Shown: positions 21,153-32,307 of the stretch, in pieces
Position numbering within the stretch: position 1 is the stretch's first letter
Layout of the letters: every line of letters begins with the position of its first letter
IMG/VR virus record: IMGVR_UViG_3300047650_000023
DNA length: 64,000 nucleotides
Direction: 5' to 3' (one strand)
Origin: a virus
Position numbers and translations under genes: made by a program
Notes under the pieces: model-generated
Seen by the model: the letters and a program-made list of their open reading frames with translations, nothing else
Databases searched by the model: none
Told to the model about the DNA's origin: nothing

Positions 21153-22769
21153 CTAAAAATCCAATTTGTAATGAGTAGTGTTTTCTTCTTCTGTAACTGG
21201 TTCATCAGCAACTTCTCTAATTTTAATTGAATGCTCTTCTATGACTTTTTCAACATGCTCTATTTTTGTAAAATCCATATCGATTAAATCAAAATTAACA
21301 GTTGTTACAAATAAATCTTTAACCCTAATTGTACCTAAATCGTAATAACTCCAAATGACTACTCTTGTAATACGTCCTCTACGTATTTTGTAAATCCAAG
21401 TACACATATTCGGTACTGGACAAGCAACAATTTTATGTGTAATAACTTCTACCTTTTTTAATTCTGCTTTTGTTGGAGGCATACAAATAAAACCGACATC
21501 TAATTTATTAGCCAATGCTTTTGCACCTGATAATAAATTTTGATCTTTTACAGTAGCGTTATTTGCTTCTCCATTAAGCTGTGAGGCTGTAAAAATAAAT
21601 ATATTTAATTGCTGACATAGCGTTTTCAATTCTGTTGCAAATACAAGCAATAATTGATGTTCTTTAAGTCCCATTCCAGATTTACCATTAACTTCTGACA
21701 TCAAACGTAATGAACTATGTATATAATCAAAAAAGAAATATTCTACGCCATTCTCTCTATTATATTTTTTTATGATATTTTGAATATCTTCAATAGAGAA
21801 ATCTGGTATATGACAAATGAATAAAGGACTTGACTTAATATACTGATTTGCTAAACGTACTCTTTCTATTTCACCTTTTTCATATTCTCCATATAAAATA
21901 TGTTCTTCATTTACTCCACTGACTATTGCTATTAGAATTGTTTGAATTTCATCTGGTGTCATTTCAGTTGTTATATATAAACATGGCTCTGAAATTCCTG
22001 TATGAACCCATTTATTTTGATCTAAGTCATAATAATATGGAACAGCAAATTTACAAGCATCTCCTGCTGCCATACGTGATTTACCACCGCCTTGTGGACA
22101 GGAACGCATATATAAGCAACCTTTTCGTGCTCCTCTTGTAACAGTGTTTAAAGCCATCGAATTTAAAGGGATACCAACATCTGGCTCTTTCATTAAATTA
22201 TCAACAAGTTCATCCAATCCACTACCTGCTTGACAATCTGTAGTTAATGTACTATTGCAATATTTCATAGATGGAATTGTTACCATGCTATTCTCAGTTA
22301 ATCCAATGATATCTACTTCTGTATAATTATCAAATCTTTGTTGTTCTTGTTCTGCTGTTTTTACATCTACTATAGTACTATCATAGATTTTTCTTGTATC
22401 TTGTCCTTCATCCTCATAGTATCTTAAAAGAGAATACTTCCGCAAACGATGATAGAAATAATCATAATTATCCATACTAGACATTTCTTTAGCAGATGAT
22501 AGATATTCTATACCCTTATTATTTTGAAAAATTTCATATTGTTCATGATATGTAGACAAATAAGAATCTATAGAAAATTCATCAATTGTGGCACAACCTT
22601 GTGCATGTAAATTATAAATAGTTACAAACAATAACTCATAAAAAGCTTCTGTATTAAAATCAGTTCTGTCTAAAGGTCTTTCTATATCATCTAAGAGATT
22701 TGGATCTTGTAATAAACAACCAAAAGTGTTTAAGTAGGATCTTTTACAAAACAACCCTTTATCACTCAA
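21153..22769 (-). CDS. DnaB-like replicative helicase
   Basis: Walker A CPQGGGKS, FFFDYIH, TASQLN. Confidence 0.85.
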   Translation of the reverse strand: MSDKGLFCKRSYLNTFGCLLQDPNLLDDIERPLDRTDFNTEAFYELLFVTIYNLHAQGCATIDEFSIDSYLSTYHEQYEIFQNNKGIEYLSSAKEMSSMDNYDYFYHRLRKYSLLRYYEDEGQDTRKIYDSTIVDVKTAEQEQQRFDNYTEVDIIGLTENSMVTIPSMKYCNSTLTTDCQAGSGLDELVDNLMKEPDVGIPLNSMALNTVTRGARKGCLYMRSCPQGGGKSRMAAGDACKFAVPYYYDLDQNKWVHTGISEPCLYITTEMTPDEIQTILIAIVSGVNEEHILYGEYEKGEIERVRLANQYIKSSPLFICHIPDFSIEDIQNIIKKYNRENGVEYFFFDYIHSSLRLMSEVNGKSGMGLKEHQLLLVFATELKTLCQQLNIFIFTASQLNGEANNATVKDQNLLSGAKALANKLDVGFICMPPTKAELKKVEVITHKIVACPVPNMCTWIYKIRRGRITRVVIWSYYDLGTIRVKDLFVTTVNFDLIDMDFTKIEHVEKVIEEHSIKIREVADEPVTEEENTTHYKLDF

Positions 22770-22780
22770 TAGTCACTCAC

Positions 22781-23359
22781 CTACTTTCCAACAATTGATG
22801 TAATATCTAATTGAATAATTTTTTTTTGTTTAGGTGCAATTTTTATGGTCTTTTCTTTATACATACCTGACAAAGAAATCTCATTATTATTATTATTGAT
22901 TTTCTGTACGGATATATAATATTGCTTGGCTTCTTCGTAATAATATGGAATAATACCTACAATGTCACCAACTAACTCTTTATCCATTATTTCTTTTAAA
23001 TATACCAACGTTAAATACATCCCTTTGAAAGTGAAATTATATTTTTTAATATAGTCATCTGACAATACATAAATTTTAGGAGATAATTGAACATCAGTTA
23101 TTAATTGCTTTACATAAGCATAATATTCTTTTTTATCTTGGTATTCTTCCTCTGATAAAGATAATTTTAATTCGGCTCTAATTGTTTTGCTTTTTTTATT
23201 CTCTGTTTTATTGGTATCATCTAAATGTTCAACCTTACTTTTTTGTAGGGCTTTCATTGCTATATTAAAACAATTAGTATGGGCAGAGCGTCCCTTATAA
23301 GGAACGCTCTCTCCATCACTAATTACTTCACCACAAATTACACATTTTTTATATGCCAT
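22781..23359 (-). CDS. Replication-associated protein with N-terminal Zn finger
   Basis: CVIC...HTNC; position between AAA ATPase and helicase as in SPbeta-like phages. Confidence 0.7.
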   Translation of the reverse strand: MAYKKCVICGEVISDGESVPYKGRSAHTNCFNIAMKALQKSKVEHLDDTNKTENKKSKTIRAELKLSLSEEEYQDKKEYYAYVKQLITDVQLSPKIYVLSDDYIKKYNFTFKGMYLTLVYLKEIMDKELVGDIVGIIPYYYEEAKQYYISVQKINNNNNEISLSGMYKEKTIKIAPKQKKIIQLDITSIVGK

Positions 23360-23362
23360 AAT

Positions 23363-24361
23363 TTAAATTCCCAATTCTTCTGCTTTATCCTTTAAATTAT
23401 CCAAAATAATCATCATTGCATCAATTTGTTTTTTAGTGCATTCAGAAACTTTCTTTCCTGCTCCAAGAGTATCCTCAACAATCTCTGTTAATGTCTCCAT
23501 TTTATTAACATCCGCAAACCTTTGACCAATATTCTGCAATTGTTCCATAATTTCATCATAATCGTAAGCTACCGAAGTATTTTTTGCTTTTTGCTCATCA
23601 TAAGATACAACCTGACTACCGTTAAATTTTTCCTCACCCTCAATTGCCGCAACAATGGTTTTTTCCAAATTTTCTGCTGTAAATTCTTCAATCAAAGTAG
23701 GACAGTATTCAAACCTTGAACGTGCAAAATACTCATTTGTTTCTGCTAAATGACCAGAAGATTTAATTACTTTATTGTTTTCATCTACACCATTGCTTGT
23801 AAGATAAATTACAAAATCACAATTGTCAACAATAGGATTAAGGCAACGCTTATCACCTTTAGGAGATACAAAGCCATCCCTTTCCTGTGCATGACCAATA
23901 AATACAACAGTATAATCACAACTAAGTAAAAGATTAATCATCCTAAAATATTCTTTTTCATACATTTGATATAGGTTAGCTTCCCCTTTTTGTGTATCGC
24001 CAAGTGTTAAAGCTCCTTTACCATATGTAGTGATACAAAAATCTTGGCACAAAATAGAACTTGCATATACTTCATCAATAACAATTGTATCATACATTTC
24101 TCTTGCTTTATCAACAGTAGCTTTATTTGTAAACTGTTTAATTAGTCTCTTAAAATCTGCCCATGAATTTACTCTATTGTATTTAACTCCAGAAATTGCA
24201 TTAAGACCTGATTCACATGCGATAAAAAATGGATTGCTTAAATGTGATGCGACATAAGTTTTTCCTAGATTATTGCCACCATAAATCATAATTGTCTTGC
24301 CTTCAAGTCCTTTGGCGACTGCGGAAACCTGTGGATTGAAAATATCTGCTGTAATAGCCAT
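23363..24361 (-). CDS. AAA ATPase (Sak4/AAA_24-like)
   Basis: YGGNNLGKT, IVIDEV, FIGH. Confidence 0.85.
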   Translation of the reverse strand: MAITADIFNPQVSAVAKGLEGKTIMIYGGNNLGKTYVASHLSNPFFIACESGLNAISGVKYNRVNSWADFKRLIKQFTNKATVDKAREMYDTIVIDEVYASSILCQDFCITTYGKGALTLGDTQKGEANLYQMYEKEYFRMINLLLSCDYTVVFIGHAQERDGFVSPKGDKRCLNPIVDNCDFVIYLTSNGVDENNKVIKSSGHLAETNEYFARSRFEYCPTLIEEFTAENLEKTIVAAIEGEEKFNGSQVVSYDEQKAKNTSVAYDYDEIMEQLQNIGQRFADVNKMETLTEIVEDTLGAGKKVSECTKKQIDAMMIILDNLKDKAEELGI

Positions 24362-24446
24362 TAATATACTCCTTTAGTTTTAATTTATTTTTGGATATAT
24401 AAACAATGCTTATTTTCATACTATTTCATTAGCATTGTATATAATA

Positions 24447-25334
24447 TTAGAAACCTAGACTTCTACCGTGTGCTGCTCCAGAAGGTTTCTGTGTTGTTTT
24501 AGACTGTGTTTTATTCTGTCCTTTAGCTTTATCTTCTGCAATCTTTTCTTCTCTTATCTGAATAGCCGCTTTAATTACTTCTGCATCGTAAGGCAATTCA
24601 GCAGTAGTACCTTCTTCATAAGCTTCAGAAGCACCTGTAACCAACATGTCATTCTTATAAGTAACGTCCTTCTTAATTCTTGGCTTTCCAATTGCAACTG
24701 GGATTTCAGTAATTGTTTCTACTCTATTGTTAATAATCTCACCATAAAATTCAACTGTTTGACCAGCAACAAAAGTAGATTCAATTGCACTACCAACATC
24801 TTGCTCTGCTACTAGTTTAATTGGTTCAATGCCGTTATATGTAGGAATCCAACCAGTTACTACAATTCTACCTGTCTCTACACCCTCCTTATCAACTTCA
24901 GGTACAATACTATAAACAAAAGTTTCTACTGAGAACTCTGCTTTTGGCTCGTACTCTTCTCCCTCTTTAAGTCTATTGAAAAAGTTGCTCTTAAAACCAA
25001 GTTCATCTTTTCCTGCTTGTGACCTATAAAGATTAATATCACCATTCACCTTGACTTTAGTAGCTTCTTCCTCACCAACTTCTGCAATAGATTGATATTC
25101 ATTCATTACTGTCTGAATTCCAGCAAAACATCCGTTGGGCTTATTCGCTTTAGTCATTTCATTTACATTAACATTAAATCTTACAAAATTTAAATCAGAA
25201 GTTTTAATCGTCAATGAACCAGAAATCTTCTTTTTGTTATCTTCTGTCGTAACTTTAAGATCCTTTTCACTTAGAACCCCCATTACGAATGCCTTTGCAT
25301 TGGACTGCCTCAAATTTGTACTTATTTCTGCCAT
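24447..25334 (-). CDS. Putative single-stranded DNA-binding protein
   Basis: Beta-rich OB-like ORF directly upstream of the AAA ATPase, as in SPbeta-like synteny. Confidence 0.6.
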   Translation of the reverse strand: MAEISTNLRQSNAKAFVMGVLSEKDLKVTTEDNKKKISGSLTIKTSDLNFVRFNVNVNEMTKANKPNGCFAGIQTVMNEYQSIAEVGEEEATKVKVNGDINLYRSQAGKDELGFKSNFFNRLKEGEEYEPKAEFSVETFVYSIVPEVDKEGVETGRIVVTGWIPTYNGIEPIKLVAEQDVGSAIESTFVAGQTVEFYGEIINNRVETITEIPVAIGKPRIKKDVTYKNDMLVTGASEAYEEGTTAELPYDAEVIKAAIQIREEKIAEDKAKGQNKTQSKTTQKPSGAAHGRSLGF

Positions 25335-25405
25335 AAATTTTTTCTCCTTTTAATCTTTCATTATTTTTTATTTATATCAGATGTATTTAAACATTGATAA
25401 CTTAA

Positions 25406-25978
25406 TTAGACATTAAAATTGAATTCTAAACACTTTCTACTTGCTAAATAATCACAAAGATGAACAAGACTCTGATACTTAGACTTGGGTTTTGGAAGAA
25501 CTTCTTTCTTTGTCTTAAAATCTTGATTAAACTGACCCATATGAGTACTAATAACCAAAGCAATAAACTTTCTTTGTTCATCTGAGATAATACCATCAAG
25601 ATTTTTATTATTACTCAATTGTTCAGCCGCTATAATTGGATGTTCTGTAACTGTAAATTTAGCATGATTTAATCCAGACTTATATGTATCATGAAGTATC
25701 AATGCTGCAATCATCATATCCTTTTCTATGTCTGTATATCGCATCATCTCCAGTTGTAGAATTTCATGCATAATTCTTACTGCTGCTTTAGTATGACGTA
25801 CAAGACCTCCTTCACCTAATGCATATGAGGGATGATATCGTCCTGAGCTGCTCGCAGGTATCTCATAGAAATAGTCTGGAACGATTGTAAGTGCTGTTTC
25901 TACAAACTTTTTAATGTTTGGGTTCTGAATAAATCCAAGTTCTTTAAAAAATAACTCAATCTTTTCTTCGTTGGTCAC
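25406..25978 (-). CDS. HD-domain phosphohydrolase
   Basis: GRYHP..GGLVRHT, ILHDT, THMG, HLCDYLASR. Confidence 0.85.
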   Translation of the reverse strand: MTNEEKIELFFKELGFIQNPNIKKFVETALTIVPDYFYEIPASSSGRYHPSYALGEGGLVRHTKAAVRIMHEILQLEMMRYTDIEKDMMIAALILHDTYKSGLNHAKFTVTEHPIIAAEQLSNNKNLDGIISDEQRKFIALVISTHMGQFNQDFKTKKEVLPKPKSKYQSLVHLCDYLASRKCLEFNFNV

Positions 25979-26114
25979 TTAATCTTTCCTTTCTTAAATT
26001 TAAAATATCTATATAAACACCTTTTACAAGAAATAATTTATATATACGACAAACTAAAATTAAACATACCATCAAACTCTGAATTGCTTGGCTTTTTATT
26101 TGCCGAAACATAAG

Positions 26115-26666
26115 TTACTCTATATTTGCTAATTGTGTGCCATTCCCAAACTCTCCAAAATATTTTTCTTCAGCTTTTAGTCTAACTGAAAAAGCTTCCT
26201 CTTTTGTATTATAAAAACCAAGATTAAACTTTATACGATCCCTACCTATGTATGCTTTCCATTTACCTGCATGTTTATCCCAACAGACACCTTTATAACC
26301 TGATTTATTATTTATAGCCATTCCTACATTCATCATATTTTCAGAATAAGTACAAAGTCTTAATTCTGATTTTCTATTATCCAAAGAATCTCTAAATATA
26401 TGATCTACTGGAATATCTTTTGGAGCATTCATAATAAATCGATGCATTAAAACACCGTGTGTATTGCAAGCATATATAGTTTTAGTTTGAATAGATTCTA
26501 CATTAAAATATTCTCTAACATACCATTTACATTGTTTTAATCTTGGAATATCTTCTATGTCAACCTTAATAATCTTAGTTCCTAATATTGAAGAAGCAAT
26601 ATGTAGTTCAACATAATTATCTAAAATTACATATTTATTTGGTGGTATTCTTTCAATTCCTATTAT
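26115..26666 (-). CDS. HNH endonuclease with AP2 domain
   Basis: MHRFIM..VDHI.RDSLDNRKSELR and SGYKGVCWDK..KW AP2; frame open back to ATA codons after SD GGAGGTG, with no upstream NTG. Confidence 0.85.
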   Translation of the reverse strand: MIGIERIPPNKYVILDNYVELHIASSILGTKIIKVDIEDIPRLKQCKWYVREYFNVESIQTKTIYACNTHGVLMHRFIMNAPKDIPVDHIFRDSLDNRKSELRLCTYSENMMNVGMAINNKSGYKGVCWDKHAGKWKAYIGRDRIKFNLGFYNTKEEAFSVRLKAEEKYFGEFGNGTQLANIE

Positions 26667-26685
26667 TATATCACCTCCTTATTAC

Positions 26686-26886
26686 TTACATTTTCACAAA
26701 CTTTTCAAGTTCTCCTGCGTTTTGAGATTGCTTCAATTTCTCCAAATTTCCGTTATTATCAACGCTATACAACCAATAAGCATCCCTCATTATCTTGCTA
26801 GTTATTATATATGTCACTTCATCGCTATCGCTTAGATAAGATACCCAGATTGATTCTCCTTTCGGTAACTTAATTTGTTGCTTCAC
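26686..26886 (-). CDS. Hypothetical protein
   Basis: 66-aa ORF. Confidence 0.6.
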   Translation of the reverse strand: MKQQIKLPKGESIWVSYLSDSDEVTYIITSKIMRDAYWLYSVDNNGNLEKLKQSQNAGELEKFVKM

Positions 26887-26903
26887 TTCTTTTACTTTTG
26901 GAA

Positions 26904-27071
26904 TTAGTTATCTTCCTCCTCATCATCATCTTCATGGAACATTTCCATAGCATCGTCCCAACCACCCCAATTATCAACTCCGCAAGCTTCAAGACAACCT
27001 AGTTTTTCACTGTCTTCTCGAAGTTGATCATAAAGTGCTTTTGAAATTATTATTGTTTCTTCATTTGACAT
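26904..27071 (-). CDS. 55-aa acidic phage protein (below ORF-track cutoff)
   Basis: MSNEETIIISK...LEACGVDNWGGWDDAMEMF; SD AAGGAG. Confidence 0.65.
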   Translation of the reverse strand: MSNEETIIISKALYDQLREDSEKLGCLEACGVDNWGGWDDAMEMFHEDDDEEEDN

Positions 27072-27087
27072 ATTATCACTCCTTCCT

Positions 27088-27348
27088 TTACTTATTCAAT
27101 CCGTCATACATACTTGCTTTTTCAATAATATCAGTTAACTCGTCATAAGAATATTCTTTTGCATCAATCACAAGCATTGTATCACCACCATCAATAATAT
27201 TTAAATCTGTGGGTGTAGTAATAAGAATATAATCTTCTGGCAAACACTCTTGAATACTGTTATGTAATTTTAACGCTGTTGAAGATGAAATCAACATACA
27301 ACCGTTTTTCTTATCCATTGGAATCTTTTGATGTAATATTTTAGACAT
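27088..27348 (-). CDS. Hypothetical protein
   Basis: 86-aa ORF. Confidence 0.6.
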   Translation of the reverse strand: MSKILHQKIPMDKKNGCMLISSSTALKLHNSIQECLPEDYILITTPTDLNIIDGGDTMLVIDAKEYSYDELTDIIEKASMYDGLNK

Positions 27349-27577
27349 TCAATTTCACTCTTTTCTATTATTAATTTCTTTATTATGCTTTACAAACATT
27401 CATCATCAGTTCACAAAACTCGGCACTCTTATCACCTGCAATCTTTTGACTTACAGAATCCTTTTGTGTAGGCGATAGACTATTCCACAGTGGGGTTGCT
27501 CTTGCTACGAAATCATTCATCTTTTCTTTCTTAGTCATTAGTTTTCACCTCCTAACCATATAAAATCATACTTTCAT

Positions 27578-27865
27578 TCACATTACAGTGTCCCATTTTT
27601 CTGCAAGTGTATCTAAAAGGTTTATATTATCAAGTTTCATCATAGTTTTAAATCCTTTTTTAATTCCAAATGGTTTTAATGCTTTTCTGAGTGCTGAAAT
27701 TTTAAAACAACCAAGAATATTTTGTCTATTTCTTACCCAACTAATAATAGTTTGATAATCCCATTCGTCATACTCTCGCATATTTTTCAATTCTTTTTCA
27801 AAGTCATTTCTTTGAATCCCAACACTTTGCATAAGTTTCTTTAGACGTTTTCGTTTAGCTGTCAT
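27578..27865 (-). CDS. Hypothetical protein
   Basis: 95-aa ORF; stop abuts junction motif 27560-27577. Confidence 0.6.
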   Translation of the reverse strand: MTAKRKRLKKLMQSVGIQRNDFEKELKNMREYDEWDYQTIISWVRNRQNILGCFKISALRKALKPFGIKKGFKTMMKLDNINLLDTLAEKWDTVM

Positions 27866-27882
27866 ATGTAACTCCTTTTTCT

Positions 27883-28275
27883 TTAACTTATACTCTCAGC
27901 TTGATTTTTAAATGCTTTAATTCTTTCATTAAAATCATCTTGAGTTATTTGCTTATAATCATCAAACAATTTAATTGGATTCTCTATATAATCTAAAATT
28001 GAAAAACAACTATTATTCTGATAAATAAGAATTTTTACGCCTTTTATTTTACCACATATAATCTCATTAATTTTAATATAGGATATTTCAAATTCATTAC
28101 TATTAAACGCCCAATATGTATTTTTAAAATAAGATAAATCCGAATTTAAAATTTCATTTCTTTGATTACATTTTAATGTATTTAATTTTTCATCAAGCTG
28201 TTTTAATACAATATTTAACCCATCTATTTGTTGAGTTGTAGTTAATATCTCAATTGCATTTGATTTAATACTCAT
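27883..28275 (-). CDS. Hypothetical protein
   Basis: 130-aa ORF with SD AAGGAG. Confidence 0.65.
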   Translation of the reverse strand: MSIKSNAIEILTTTQQIDGLNIVLKQLDEKLNTLKCNQRNEILNSDLSYFKNTYWAFNSNEFEISYIKINEIICGKIKGVKILIYQNNSCFSILDYIENPIKLFDDYKQITQDDFNERIKAFKNQAESIS

Positions 28276-28334
28276 TTTTACTCCTTTAAATCTGCTTGTA
28301 TTATTAAAATATCAAGACTTATAATTTTATCCCC

Positions 28335-28407
28335 ATCAATCGCGTATTTTATGGTATATTTATCACTACATATGGTGGTTTTAATTTAATTTATATACTA
28401 TATATAG
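28335..28407. promoter_or_regulatory. Composite site: 18-bp motif plus tandem NrdR-box-like pair
   Basis: Motif 28335-28352, 13-bp gap, CTACATATGG at 28366, CTATATATAG at 28398. Confidence 0.6.
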
Positions 28408-28419
28408 ACACCATTTCTA

Positions 28420-28830
28420 TCAAATAGACTTCTCCAACTCATCAATTTCAAGTTCAACCTTCTTATCATTTGAAAGAAGACTGTGTAGTTTACTTTCAAG
28501 TGCCTTTAGACGATATTCCTCGTTTTTACGATCAATATTCATAAGTTTTGCTTTCAAATCAGTAATCCAATCATCAATTGAATAACTTGAAATATTATAC
28601 TCATTTAACACGCCCAAATCTTTAGCAGATAAACGATATGCATTAAGCTTAACCATAAGAGTAATAATCTGATCTTTATTAAGCACTTGAATATTAGTCC
28701 TTATTCCATCAATTTCTATAGAGCAATTTGTTATAGGACAAAACTTTTCAGTTGCTTTAAGTGACTTCTTTTTATCCTCAACCTGTTTCTTTAGACTTAA
28801 TATTTTCTTATCATTATTTTCTGTTGCCAT
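28420..28830 (-). CDS. Conserved phage coiled-coil protein
   Basis: 136-aa ORF, TNCSIEIDG..NIQVL. Confidence 0.7.
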   Translation of the reverse strand: MATENNDKKILSLKKQVEDKKKSLKATEKFCPITNCSIEIDGIRTNIQVLNKDQIITLMVKLNAYRLSAKDLGVLNEYNISSYSIDDWITDLKAKLMNIDRKNEEYRLKALESKLHSLLSNDKKVELEIDELEKSI

Positions 28831-28833
28831 TGT

Positions 28834-29880
28834 TTACTTCCACTCCTTAATTATTTCTTTTTTATCGTTATAAGTTACTAAATATTTAGGATTAATTTTA
28901 TTATATACTTGTTCTGGTAATGAGTTTTCGATTATCCTTTCATCCCTATGTCCTTTAATTGTTACATAAACATTATAAGTAGATTCTCTTTTATTATAAT
29001 AAGAATAATCTCTATATCTTTCTATATAGTATCTTACATAATTGTTATTAATTTTAACATAGCACTTATTATGCCAATAGCAATTTTTATTTAATGCTGT
29101 TTTAAAATCATTTAATGTATAATCTAAATATTCATCATATTTAGGTTCTCTCGAAGAATAACTACTACTTTTCAATAATTCATCCATTAAATTAGAATAA
29201 TCTTCAATACATGTCTTATCGATCAAATCAATAATATTACCACTCAAAGATTTAATAGGAATAATTTTATTATAATTTGCGTTTTTATCATAGAAAAAGT
29301 ATGTTTTAGTTTCTTTTTTGTCTTCATTATTTTCATAAAATCTTCCTAAATATATTAACGCATTATTATTATTTGATTTATATGTTCCACCTAAAATTAA
29401 ATTTTTACCTTCAAATTTTTTATTTTCATGTCTTAATATATTTAATTCGGCTATTTCCTTATAATCTGGTGATAAAGTAGGAACAAGTATTAAATCTTTA
29501 CCATCCCATCCATAAATAAAATCACCCTCAAGCCCCTTGCCTTTAATTGAGTTAGCATTTTCAAGTATGTAAAGTAAATTTTCAATTGTAATCTCAAACT
29601 CAAAATTACGAGGATCATAAACCCTTACATAAGCTTGTCGATGATTCCAATCACAAACATAATCACCAACCTTCTTATTAAGAACAAATCCTGATGTTGG
29701 TTCATTCTTATATTCTTGTTGATCAATCTTTTCATCTCGCCAACTATTCCAAGATGCTTCTTTCCTAAGTTTATTTTTCTGATCGTAATAGATTACATAT
29801 GCCAACTGTCCTGTATATGTATCTGATCTGTTTTGAAATCCCACCTTAATTCTTTCAGGCAAAAATATTGTTGTTTTCAA
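28834..29880 (-). CDS. Conserved phage hypothetical protein
   Basis: 348 aa; KVGFQNRSDTYTGQLAYVIYYD..KLRKEASWNSWRD. Confidence 0.8.
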   Translation of the reverse strand: MKTTIFLPERIKVGFQNRSDTYTGQLAYVIYYDQKNKLRKEASWNSWRDEKIDQQEYKNEPTSGFVLNKKVGDYVCDWNHRQAYVRVYDPRNFEFEITIENLLYILENANSIKGKGLEGDFIYGWDGKDLILVPTLSPDYKEIAELNILRHENKKFEGKNLILGGTYKSNNNNALIYLGRFYENNEDKKETKTYFFYDKNANYNKIIPIKSLSGNIIDLIDKTCIEDYSNLMDELLKSSSYSSREPKYDEYLDYTLNDFKTALNKNCYWHNKCYVKINNNYVRYYIERYRDYSYYNKRESTYNVYVTIKGHRDERIIENSLPEQVYNKINPKYLVTYNDKKEIIKEWK

Positions 29881-29892
29881 TTCTATCCTCCT

Positions 29893-30593
<701 letters not shown>

Positions 30594-30639
30594 TGTGTCC
30601 TTTCTTAAAATCCTAATCAATTGTAGATTTGATTATAGT

Positions 30640-30990
30640 TTAAAATTCAGTTGAAGCAATTATAAATGGTTCATCAATAAATACATTACTAAGTTTTATA
30701 GCATCTCTCAAAGAAATATATCTACACAAACTACCATTTACAATTTTCACATCACCAAATTCTTGTATTTTCTTTTCTGAATCGTTGTTCTGTTGATTAA
30801 ATTTTCTTAAATCATCAACAGACTCAGTTTCCCACCACATACCTGTTTTATCAATATTGCATTCATAAATATCATCACTATCTATTGTATCTTCGCCAAA
30901 TTCATTCCGATACCATGTAATAGTATCTGTTAAGCTTTTACCTGTAGCAACCCAATCATAATCTCCAAATTTATAAACTTTAATCTCCAT
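30640..30990 (-). CDS. Hypothetical protein
   Basis: 116-aa ORF. Confidence 0.65.
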   Translation of the reverse strand: MEIKVYKFGDYDWVATGKSLTDTITWYRNEFGEDTIDSDDIYECNIDKTGMWWETESVDDLRKFNQQNNDSEKKIQEFGDVKIVNGSLCRYISLRDAIKLSNVFIDEPFIIASTEF

Positions 30991-31049
30991 TATGTATTCC
31001 TTTCTGTTTTAATTTATTTACTTCACATAAAACGGATATTCTGTCATAG

Positions 31050-31304
31050 TTAATGATTGCTTCTTGGACAATCTCGATTAACTCCACCATTCTTCTCTAC
31101 CCTAACTTCTTCTGGTAATATACCTCTACCTGTTATTTCAATTCTGCCTTCATCAAAAAATTGTGTGTCTCCACATTTTCCATCATCGCTTATTGGAGGT
31201 GTTAAACCATACTGATCACATCCGTAAAGATAATTAACATGTGCTGTCAAAACACCCTCAAATCCTGTAACTTTATCTTTTGCCTTTTTACCTAAATCAA
31301 ACAT
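31050..31304 (-). CDS. Conserved phage hypothetical protein
   Basis: LGKKAKDKVTGFEGVLTAH..YLYGCDQY pattern. Confidence 0.7.
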   Translation of the reverse strand: MFDLGKKAKDKVTGFEGVLTAHVNYLYGCDQYGLTPPISDDGKCGDTQFFDEGRIEITGRGILPEEVRVEKNGGVNRDCPRSNH

Positions 31305-31361
31305 TTTTATACCTCTTTCTTTCTAATATTATTTATATAAATTTATTACTTACAAAAAAGT

Positions 31362-31515
31362 TGGTGGTACGGAGCTTTGCACTCCTGTAACTGTCCTGCA
31401 TGGTTTAACACAAAGGCAAGCGGCGTTACACCTTCAGTATATACTTTGTGCAATTACCCACCGTATGGGGACTGTGTATTTTCTTCCACTGGCTTTATTC
31501 TTTGCCTAACCACCA
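31362..31515 (-). ncRNA. Candidate structured non-coding RNA (154 nt, family unknown)
   Basis: About 46% GC intergenic island; 7-bp closing helix TGGTGGT/ACCACCA, T-loop-like hairpin GGAG-TGCAAAG-CTCC, internal helices, TATAAT upstream and T-run downstream. Confidence 0.55.
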
Positions 31516-31598
31516 TTATTATAGAAACGCTCTTAGATGTACTGAATCTCAATTATGTATGTACCTGTGTGAATTCAACATTAGGGTTATATTCTAAC

Positions 31599-31784
31599 TT
31601 AATTATCTTCCCAAATCTCTACAATTTCATAACCATTTACACATTCATTAATATCATATTCATCAATGATATCGTTCCAATTTTCATTCAAAATCTTTTC
31701 TTCTGCTTCTTTTTTATCATTTGCAGTTACATAACCTTTTAAATTTGTAAAACCATGTGATACAATAAATCCGAAATTTTTCAT
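31599..31784 (-). CDS. Hypothetical protein
   Basis: 61-aa acidic ORF with SD GAGGTG. Confidence 0.6.
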   Translation of the reverse strand: MKNFGFIVSHGFTNLKGYVTANDKKEAEEKILNENWNDIIDEYDINECVNGYEIVEIWEDN

Positions 31785-31823
31785 TTATTCTCACCTCACA
31801 ATGCTCATCAAAATGCTCTTTTA

Positions 31824-32249
31824 TTAACACTCTAAAATGAAGTGAATATATTCTCCAACATGCTGACTAAATTCATAATCGAGATCATGACCACCAATAC
31901 TAAAATCTTCTACGTCATATCCTGTTATTGTATATTCTGAATATCCACACAAAGCAATATCTGTTTTTACCTCACCTTCAAGCTCAAACAACAATGATTC
32001 CATAGCTTCGTCAATATCACATTCTTTATCAGTAAAATATACACGAATGTTTGCATCTTCAATATAACTTTTATCTCCACCTAAACCACGCTTATAATGT
32101 CCTGTCATCCCATTATCTTCTGCAAATGATTCTACCTGTCTCACAATAGGAGAATCACGATCCCAACTGTCAGAGTCCTTATCTTTACTGGTCGCTAACA
32201 TCCCATTATCATCTGTATTAAGCCAACCTTGAACATGTAATTCTGGCAT
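31824..32249 (-). CDS. Hypothetical protein
   Basis: Likely start MPELHVQGWL at 32249 after SD AAGGAG. Confidence 0.65.
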   Translation of the reverse strand: MPELHVQGWLNTDDNGMLATSKDKDSDSWDRDSPIVRQVESFAEDNGMTGHYKRGLGGDKSYIEDANIRVYFTDKECDIDEAMESLLFELEGEVKTDIALCGYSEYTITGYDVEDFSIGGHDLDYEFSQHVGEYIHFILEC

Positions 32250-32307
32250 TATGTATCTCTCCTTACTTATTATTAATTTATAATTTCTAAAAATGTTCAT
32301 CAATGGA

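Noticed and set aside
7671-22769. Inteins or introns in ligA, recD2, dnaE or the helicase
   Set aside because: The ORFs are continuous and of ordinary size, with no intein splice motifs or endonuclease inserts seen; the homing endonucleases here are free-standing.
31362-31515. tRNA or tmRNA call
   Set aside because: No TTC T-loop, no cloverleaf anticodon arm, and no GGGG 5' end or tag ORF; kept only as an unknown ncRNA candidate.
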